NCBI GenBank assembly: GCA_045117315.1
Contig: JBGUNJ010000204.1
Coordinates: 4,378-68,377, forward strand
Source: Lachnospiraceae bacterium
Lineage (GTDB): Bacteria; Bacillota; Clostridia; Lachnospirales; Lachnospiraceae
Length of the DNA: 64,000 nucleotides
Reading direction: 5' to 3'
Each line of letters opens with the position of its first letter. Positions within the stretch are counted from its first letter, which is position 1. The notes below the pieces were generated by a model that saw only the letters and a program-made list of their open reading frames with translations, had not been told where the DNA came from and did no database searches. Positions 54,050 through 61,385 of this stretch are shown here, in pieces. The position numbers and the translations under genes were made by a program.

Positions 54050-55408
54050 ATGATGAGACTCATAAATTTGACCTGCCCGAACTGCGGGGCACGGCTTCAG
54101 ATAGATCCTGACAGAAAACAGGTTTACTGCGAACACTGTGGAACAAAACTATTGGTAGATGATAACGTTCATCATATTCAATATGATAATGCTGAGGAAG
54201 CCGGCTATAAGTTTGAAAAAGGCAGACAAAGAGCAATGGCGGAAAGCAGAATGCCAGGCAGTCAGGCCATGCCATATCAGCAGCCTCAGCAGTTCCGATA
54301 TGCGCAGCAAAACCCGCCTAAGAAGAGAAGGACATGGCTTTGGGTACTGGGATGGATCTTCATCTTTCCTATCCCTTTGACTATCCTGATGCTTCGCAAA
54401 AAAGACATGAAACCTGCCATCAAATACGGCATTATTGCTGCGGCATGGATAATATATCTGGCAATCGGAGCATCCGGCAACAGTAAAGACACCAATACTG
54501 CTAAAAAGGAAGAGACTCCTGTAGTCGAGGAAACTGAGAAGGACGTAACTCCTGAAATAGAGGAAAATGAAAAGGAGACGGCTCCTGAAGTCGAGGAAAA
54601 TGAAAAAGAAGCGGCTCCTGAAGTCGAGGAAATTAAATCGGATAACAATGACACAGATGCTGATAAACAAGCTGTGGAAGACAATACAGATGATGAGTTA
54701 TTAACTGATGATAATGCAGATAACGATGGTGGAGCATCTGCGTCTATGGGATTGAAGCCTATCGAAATAGTGGATTCCGGCTATACAATTACCGGTGATA
54801 GTGGTGATTACTATATTCGTTATGGAATCATCCTTTATAATCCAAATCCGGATTATTATCATGAGTTTCCTTCGTTCCGCATTATTGCTGAGGACGAATC
54901 TGGAAATGTATTGGATACAGAAGAGGAGGTTATGCAGTATTTGAACGGCAACAGAGTCAGTGGCTATGCTGGCTCGGCATGTGATCTGAAGGAAAAGCCT
55001 GCGAACGTTACATTTGAAATAATTGACGACCCTGATTTTTGGGTTAAGGGGACTTCCGGAGATCTTGGACTTAATGCTGCGAGTCTGACCAAAACAATTG
55101 ATGGTGGAAGTGGGACAATTGCGGGTAAAATCAATAATCCTACAGAAAATACTTATGATTCTGTTTCTGTTACAGTAATATTCAGAGACTCAGACGGTAA
55201 TATTCTCGGAGGCGATACAACTTATATTGACAATGTCAAGGCAAAGGGATCCACAGCATTTTCCATGGATTTGTTATCGAAGAAATATATGTCTGATCAG
55301 TATGAACTTTATTTTCATAACCATGGAAATAATACGTATGATACTGTTATAGAAGGAACAGATGTTACTTTCGTTAATACTGATGGGTTCCATGGAAAGA
55401 ATCAATAG
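54050..55408 (+). CDS. Zinc-ribbon membrane protein with an acidic repeat linker
   Basis: MMRLINLTCPNCGARLQ...CEHCG is a zinc ribbon. Two TM helices and TPEIEENEKETAPEVEENEKEAAPEVEE repeats follow. Start is after ggagg, at 54050 or 54053. Confidence 0.65.
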   Translation: MMRLINLTCPNCGARLQIDPDRKQVYCEHCGTKLLVDDNVHHIQYDNAEEAGYKFEKGRQRAMAESRMPGSQAMPYQQPQQFRYAQQNPPKKRRTWLWVLGWIFIFPIPLTILMLRKKDMKPAIKYGIIAAAWIIYLAIGASGNSKDTNTAKKEETPVVEETEKDVTPEIEENEKETAPEVEENEKEAAPEVEEIKSDNNDTDADKQAVEDNTDDELLTDDNADNDGGASASMGLKPIEIVDSGYTITGDSGDYYIRYGIILYNPNPDYYHEFPSFRIIAEDESGNVLDTEEEVMQYLNGNRVSGYAGSACDLKEKPANVTFEIIDDPDFWVKGTSGDLGLNAASLTKTIDGGSGTIAGKINNPTENTYDSVSVTVIFRDSDGNILGGDTTYIDNVKAKGSTAFSMDLLSKKYMSDQYELYFHNHGNNTYDTVIEGTDVTFVNTDGFHGKNQ

Positions 55409-55808
55409 TATATCAGGGACGATTGGATTTTAGGGCGAAAGTGTATCCAGGATTCCTTTTGTAAGGCTGGCCCTGTAATGCTCGCAGCAGATGAATCTGG
55501 ATTAACAACAGACACATGTTATAAAAGGGAAGAAAAAAGCCCTCGCAGTATTAATACCTGGAAACTATTTATACAGTCATACCGCGCGGAAATCCGTTAT
55601 AATAGAATCAGATACTGTCGACGCCCCGGCAAGAATGTTTATGCAAGAGTGTTTATAAAGCCGGACATTGGAGTTGGAGTTAATAAGCTAGCAGGTACTT
55701 TGACACTTGTCAGAGCTGGCTGAACAGATATACACAGACCAACGACCTGCCAGCCGTTCCCGGTGAGACCATTAACGGCACAAAGCCTGAAATATGGAGG
55801 ATAGGGGT

Positions 55809-56753
55809 ATGATCATGAAAGCGCTCAGCTGTCCGTATTGCGGAGGCGACCTGAAAGAGTTTGATAAGAACAAAGTACACACATGCCCATATTGCGGGAA
55901 ATCGATTCGTTTCGACAATGAACGCAGCTTCACCTACGAAAAGATTTATACGAAAGAGGATAAGGCCAGGATTCGGGAAGCAGAAGCAGCAGAATCTATC
56001 AGAAGCCAGGAGATTGCTTTTGAAAAAGAAAAGTATTTTGATAAAGAAAAGCGCAAAGAGAAGAAGGGTAGATTCATAGTTGTCGCTTCACTTATCGCGT
56101 TGGTTTTGCTTGGTTTAATTGGCAAACTTGCTATTAGGGAAATTAATGCCCGGAAGAAAGAGGAAATGGTCTATGATCAGTTAGTTGTGGATCAAAACTC
56201 ACCTGAAGATACGATCATAGAGGAGAGAACAAAGAAAGTATCCAAGAGGACTCTTCAGGGTACAGTTTCTTCTGCCAGTGAAATCGTGACATACAAATAT
56301 TACTATACAAATCTTGGTGAGACAGAAAAGGATAAGAAGATTTTCAAGTCAGTTTCAGTTCCCTTCACAAAAGAAAAAACTCTTTTCACATATGATGGCG
56401 TAATCAGTGCAGGATATAACCTTAAGTCAGTAGAGATTGATGTTGACGATGAGAAACAGGTTATTACCGTGACTCTTCCTGAGCCCAGAATTCTGTCCCA
56501 TGAAGTAGATATGGACAGTTTTAGAATATATGACATCAAAAAGTCGATATTTACATCTATGGAAATGGAGGAATACACAGAGTATATTAATGCGCTGAAA
56601 AAATCACAGGAAGAAACACTCAATAATAAAGAAGAATTCTGGGAGCAGGTGAGAACCGGGGCCGAGCTGTCCGTGAAAGAGCTCCTGATTGCGACCGGCG
56701 CTACCGGAGACTACACCATCACCTTTGACCACAAGAGCACGTTTGGATTCTGA
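55809..56753 (+). CDS. Zinc-ribbon plus TM plus DUF4230-like protein
   Basis: CPYCGGDL...CPYCG, then TM (FIVVASLIALVLLGLIG). The C-terminal VTYKYYYTNLGE...VPFTKEKTLFTYDGVISAGYNLKSVEIDVDDEKQVITVTLPEPRILS matches my memory of the DUF4230 pattern. Confidence 0.6.
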   Translation: MIMKALSCPYCGGDLKEFDKNKVHTCPYCGKSIRFDNERSFTYEKIYTKEDKARIREAEAAESIRSQEIAFEKEKYFDKEKRKEKKGRFIVVASLIALVLLGLIGKLAIREINARKKEEMVYDQLVVDQNSPEDTIIEERTKKVSKRTLQGTVSSASEIVTYKYYYTNLGETEKDKKIFKSVSVPFTKEKTLFTYDGVISAGYNLKSVEIDVDDEKQVITVTLPEPRILSHEVDMDSFRIYDIKKSIFTSMEMEEYTEYINALKKSQEETLNNKEEFWEQVRTGAELSVKELLIATGATGDYTITFDHKSTFGF

Positions 56754-56911
56754 CAGAGGACATTCCGGGTATCCAACAGTGTCGTAAATACAGAAACTTT
56801 GAAATGGCGGCCTGGTACAGAGGATGAACGCTAGACTATGTCGGTGAGCACCGCAAACAGAAAACAAGAAGAAAAAACGATCTGTTTAGCTGGGAGGAAA
56901 CTGAACGAGAT

Positions 56912-58096
56912 ATGTTTGGGCTGGAAAACAAAGAGAAGCAGAAGAGAATAGCGAGGCAGGAATTGATCCGCCGCAATGCAGTCTGCCTGTTCGAGGACGG
57001 AATCTCCCAGGAAGATTTTGAGGCAATCGCTTTAGGAGAGTGCCAGCGTACTGAAAATGTTTTGGACGCGCAAGTTGATGGTCCTGTAATACAAGGTATA
57101 ATGTCTGGTCAGCACAGTTTTGCTGAATGGGAATTCAAGATCGATTTCAATGATTATGGACATATTACAGGAAAATACTGGCTGTGGTCTGAGAATGACG
57201 ATACAGAGATTCCTGAAATGGTTGCTGAGAATATATGTCAAGCCCTGAGATATTATCAACCTGCGCCATACTATGAACAGTCTGAAACTTACGAGAGCGA
57301 CGAACCTGAGCATGAGAACTCAGCGGTTCACCACATATCTTTCTGTCCCTATTGTGGCAGCAAGCAGTATGAAGCGAATCCCAATTTCTGCCTGGTATGC
57401 GGAAAGAGACTTTCTTCAACAGACAATTCCTCTGCGCAGCAAAATGAAAACGCGGACTATAATAATAGATTCTCATACGGTACAGGACCCGCAGCTGGGG
57501 CCGCATTCGCACATGGTACAGGACCCGCAGCCGGACCCGGATTCTCACATGGGACAGGACCCGCAGCCGGGTCTGAATCTTTATATGGGACAGGTCCTGC
57601 ATCCCCAACAAGATTCCCGGCCGGAACGAATACTGCTGAAAATGTTTCGGTGACGAATACTTCCAATACCCGAATGCTTCCCGTAACAGCTGTGGAAGTC
57701 AAATGTGAATATTGCGGTGCGCCCACTGTTGTCAGAACTTTCCGCAGGTTTGTGCGCTGCCCCTATTGCACGAGCAAACTTGCCTTTCCGGGATTTACCT
57801 ACAAGAATATCGACCGCAGATCCGACAAATATTCCTCTGTAAAATACTGGATGAGCTGCCCCTCCTGTCGTGGGGACAATATGTGCCTGTGGCCGTCGTC
57901 CGACCGCTGGATCTGCCAGGACTGCGGATATTTTCTGACTGAACAGCAAAGGCTCAGAACTGTTTTCTGGTTCTGCGATGGCTGCGAAACATATATGAAC
58001 GTGCAGACCGGATTTAAACAGAACAGAAGCGATACCTGGAGATGTACCGAGTGTGGCTTTGAGAATGATGTGAGTCTCAATAATATTGACGAATAG
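56912..58096 (+). CDS. Cytoplasmic multi-zinc-ribbon protein with (H/Y)GTGPAAG repeats
   Basis: There are four or more CxxC pairs (CPYCGS..CLVCG; CEYCGA..CPYCTS; CPSCRG..CQDCG; CDGCET..CTECG). The stop abuts the next ORF (58096/58097). Confidence 0.65.
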   Translation: MFGLENKEKQKRIARQELIRRNAVCLFEDGISQEDFEAIALGECQRTENVLDAQVDGPVIQGIMSGQHSFAEWEFKIDFNDYGHITGKYWLWSENDDTEIPEMVAENICQALRYYQPAPYYEQSETYESDEPEHENSAVHHISFCPYCGSKQYEANPNFCLVCGKRLSSTDNSSAQQNENADYNNRFSYGTGPAAGAAFAHGTGPAAGPGFSHGTGPAAGSESLYGTGPASPTRFPAGTNTAENVSVTNTSNTRMLPVTAVEVKCEYCGAPTVVRTFRRFVRCPYCTSKLAFPGFTYKNIDRRSDKYSSVKYWMSCPSCRGDNMCLWPSSDRWICQDCGYFLTEQQRLRTVFWFCDGCETYMNVQTGFKQNRSDTWRCTECGFENDVSLNNIDE

Positions 58097-58150
58097 ATGC
58101 GCTTTATGAAAAGTCGACTAACAAGAGATATAAACGTGGAGGATGATTTC

Positions 58151-59515
58151 ATGAAAGCAGACAAGACGAAAATTGAAACCAGACTGGAAAACATGAAGAA
58201 CTTCTATATTAAAACCGGAGAACTTCTTGACAACCTTCCGGAGGCTATTCCTGATAAAACAAGAGAACTATTAAAGAGTACGATTCTTGGCGACAACGAT
58301 CTCAAAAAATTAATGGACGGTATTGATTCACACAGGCCGCCTAGAATCTTTCTTATTGGAAGGACAGGAGTTGGAAAAAGCAGTCTTATCAATGCACTAT
58401 GTGGAGCGTACGTTGCAAAGGTTAGTGATACAAAAAGCTGTACAGAAGGAGCACAGGTATATCAATGTCAACATGAGGGCAGGGTACTGATGGAGATACT
58501 CGACACTAGAGGAATCGCGGAATCAGAATCGCTTAACAGCAGTCTGTCTGCAGAACAGATGCTGATCAATCAAATCAATGAATTTTCGCCTGATGTCGCT
58601 ATCATGATGCTCAACTGCACACACAGGGACGATATCGTGTCAGATGTTGAGTTTATGAAGAAGGTGGCGAAGGACTACGCAGCAACAAATGATTTGAGAC
58701 TGCCTATAGTTGTTGTAGTAAATAAGTGCGATGAGATGGCTCCCGCACGTTTTAAGACACCAGATGAATATCCAAAGAAAAAACTGGAGAAGATTAACGA
58801 AGTTGTACAGTATTACAAAGGGATAATAATGAAAAACGGGTTGAAAATTGATGATATTATCCCTGTAGCATCTCTGATTGACTGGATGACCCCGGATGGC
58901 ATGGAAATCCCCGTTGAAGAGATAGATAATCTTCCAAAACGCGATGTAGAAAATCTGCAGATTGCATTTGACGGCCGTTACAGAATCGAGGAACTCCTTG
59001 ATATATTAGAAGAGGCCATCCAGGACTTTGAAGCTCAGATGGGGTTGAGGATGGCCGCAAGATTGAATGATGTAGTAACAAGAATCGCTAATCACCTTAC
59101 GCATGTTTTTTCGGGACTATCTATGACAGTTGCAGCAACTCCCATTCCAACATCAGATATTTATATTCTTCTTATTCTCCAGAGTTTGCTTGTTGCATTG
59201 ATCGCGTCTCTTAGTGGAAGAGAATTATCTCTGGATGCAGCAAAAGAGTTTGTTCTTAGTGTAGGGGGCGTTGGAGCTTTGGGGTATGGATTGAGGCTTA
59301 CCGCACAGCAGGGAGCTAAGTTCGTTAATGCTATTTGGCCTGGTGCAGGTTCGGCACTAAGTGCAGGTATTGCCGGTTTAGGAACGAATGGAATCGGGAA
59401 AGCTGCCATTGCATATTACATCGATGGACGAAGCATAGAAGAAGCCAAAGAAAAACTTGAAGAGGCAAGAGCAAAGAAAAAAAGTGGGAAAAAACCTTTT
59501 TTCTTAAGTAACTGA
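58151..59515 (+). CDS. TRAFAC-type small GTPase fused to a DUF697/YcjF-like hydrophobic C-terminal domain
   Basis: GRTGVGKSSLINAL (G1, from 58358), DTRG (G3) and NKCD (G4) are present. C-terminal hydrophobic stretches are TPIPTSDIYILLILQSLLVALIASL and GGVGALGYGL...AGIAGLGTNGIGKAAIAYYI. ATG 58151 is preceded by ggagga. Confidence 0.75.
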   Translation: MKADKTKIETRLENMKNFYIKTGELLDNLPEAIPDKTRELLKSTILGDNDLKKLMDGIDSHRPPRIFLIGRTGVGKSSLINALCGAYVAKVSDTKSCTEGAQVYQCQHEGRVLMEILDTRGIAESESLNSSLSAEQMLINQINEFSPDVAIMMLNCTHRDDIVSDVEFMKKVAKDYAATNDLRLPIVVVVNKCDEMAPARFKTPDEYPKKKLEKINEVVQYYKGIIMKNGLKIDDIIPVASLIDWMTPDGMEIPVEEIDNLPKRDVENLQIAFDGRYRIEELLDILEEAIQDFEAQMGLRMAARLNDVVTRIANHLTHVFSGLSMTVAATPIPTSDIYILLILQSLLVALIASLSGRELSLDAAKEFVLSVGGVGALGYGLRLTAQQGAKFVNAIWPGAGSALSAGIAGLGTNGIGKAAIAYYIDGRSIEEAKEKLEEARAKKKSGKKPFFLSN

Positions 59516-59635
59516 GCTGCTCTGTCAAAATTGATACAAATGAAACGGCTAATGTCAGTCACCAAAGACGATTACGAAAATACAGACACAATACCAGTGC
59601 AGTCAGATAACAAATTTTAATCGAGGTATTTGATA

Positions 59636-61291
59636 ATGCTCTCTCCAGAATTAAAGTTGCCCACCGTAGAATTGAAGTATAATTCATTTACGAATAGAAC
59701 AAAAATCCGTTTCAACGGACATGATCCCCGGATTAACAGTCTTGTTGAAAAATATCAGGATAAAATGCTTCAAACCTGGATCAACAAGATTCCTAAAATA
59801 TTCCATGATGAGATGAATGGATATAATTTTGAACTGGTGTTTCACGGGACAAAACGAGATTTTTCAGAGCTTGAAAAAGTATTTGATGCTGTAAAAGAGG
59901 CTGATCCAAAAGTTAATGTCAAACTTTCCCATAAAGTCAAATTAGAGGAACGTGAGGAAAAGCTGAAGAAACTGGATGAACTTCTCAATTGGCTGAAAGA
60001 AAATGAAAACAATCATTTTAACTTGAATGCTTTTTTAACAGACAACCGAAAGCTTTTCGATGAGCCATATTCTTTCTTGATAATAGGTGGAAGGGGATTT
60101 AATACATCAAAGTTGGAGGCAAAAGATATTTCCGTCGAGGAAGTTGAGGATGTGAAAAAACTGGACGACACAGTCCTGAAGGACACGCCTTTACTGATTT
60201 GTGTAGACAGGAAATCGCTCCCGGATCTGCAGGGAATCATTCAATACTTTAAGGCGCGGAAAAGTGATGTACGTGAGGAGCAGATTTTTTTCTACATTCA
60301 TCCGTCAATGGATGCGGGCAATGTTATGCGTATTATCCAGGATCTGGGTATTCAAAAACCTAATATTGTGGAGGGTGCTGACGATGAGAAAATCATGCGT
60401 TATTTCGAGATTTTTCCATTTACTCAATATATTGTCAATGTGACCATGCTTCTTGATGAACAGATTGCTTTTATTGAATCTGTGCTCGATACAGAGGATG
60501 AAAAAACCACTCAAAGCAACGCTCTTGTTCATGCACATTTAAAGGAAATAGATGAAACGATTTCCCGCCTGAAAATAACTGGGGATTTTCTTGAAAAGCG
60601 GGAAGAAATGGAAATACCGGGACGATGGAAAGATATTAAAAGAGATTTCATCGATTTAATTCTGGATTGGAAAAAGAATAAGACGCGGATCACTAATGAA
60701 AATCAGGCATATAGGCAGGCCGAAGAATTTAATGTGGAAATAGGTCGCCTGTATGACAGGTATACACATAATATATTGAAAGACCTGGATTTAGAGAAAG
60801 AGGCTCAAAAACGCATGCTGTCTACCCTGTATGCCTGTGCAAAGACGGATACAGATTATTCACCGGAGCTGCCTCAGATTCCGGTGATAGGAGCAGAGAA
60901 GGTACCCAATCTCATTTTGTATTTTATGGACATGAAAGAAGAGGTAACTGTTAATCCCATGGATGATTTTATGGGATTTTTCCTCAAAGGAGGTATGCAG
61001 CAGCCGATTATCGAGACAGGGTATTATTACAAGAACTGGCGTGAATATGCGGTTAAAGCTGTTGAACCTCTGGCGGATCGCCTGATTGAGCGCTGCTACG
61101 CTGCTCTTCGTGCCTTCGATGCGGAGGCCACTGAGATTTATATAAATCATGTCCAGGAACTTATTGATTTCTATACAGAGGAGCACAAAAAGGCCTCGGA
61201 AAATCTGTCCGCAGAAGAAAAGAAAGTGCAGCAAGATAAGGCCTGGCTCCAGGAATTGACAGACCGGGTGAAGGACATACAGACTGGCTGA
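59636..61291 (+). CDS. 551-aa hypothetical protein, partly coiled-coil, with no P-loop
   Basis: Long ORF in operon position between the GTPase and the ATPase. No Walker A or other catalytic motif is visible. ATG 59636 follows gaggtatttgata. Confidence 0.6.
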   Translation: MLSPELKLPTVELKYNSFTNRTKIRFNGHDPRINSLVEKYQDKMLQTWINKIPKIFHDEMNGYNFELVFHGTKRDFSELEKVFDAVKEADPKVNVKLSHKVKLEEREEKLKKLDELLNWLKENENNHFNLNAFLTDNRKLFDEPYSFLIIGGRGFNTSKLEAKDISVEEVEDVKKLDDTVLKDTPLLICVDRKSLPDLQGIIQYFKARKSDVREEQIFFYIHPSMDAGNVMRIIQDLGIQKPNIVEGADDEKIMRYFEIFPFTQYIVNVTMLLDEQIAFIESVLDTEDEKTTQSNALVHAHLKEIDETISRLKITGDFLEKREEMEIPGRWKDIKRDFIDLILDWKKNKTRITNENQAYRQAEEFNVEIGRLYDRYTHNILKDLDLEKEAQKRMLSTLYACAKTDTDYSPELPQIPVIGAEKVPNLILYFMDMKEEVTVNPMDDFMGFFLKGGMQQPIIETGYYYKNWREYAVKAVEPLADRLIERCYAALRAFDAEATEIYINHVQELIDFYTEEHKKASENLSAEEKKVQQDKAWLQELTDRVKDIQTG

Positions 61292-61385
61292 ATTCTGGAT
61301 TGGTTCATGCAACAGAATAGATTGAGTGATTTCACAGTTAATGAATGGCTGTTCTATCTAATAGATTGATTGAGGCTCTACAAAG

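Noticed and set aside
55478-55723. 81-aa plus-strand ORF in the gap before the DUF4230-like gene
   Set aside because: It has no RBS, an odd composition, no motifs and no coupling to neighbours. It is probably non-coding.
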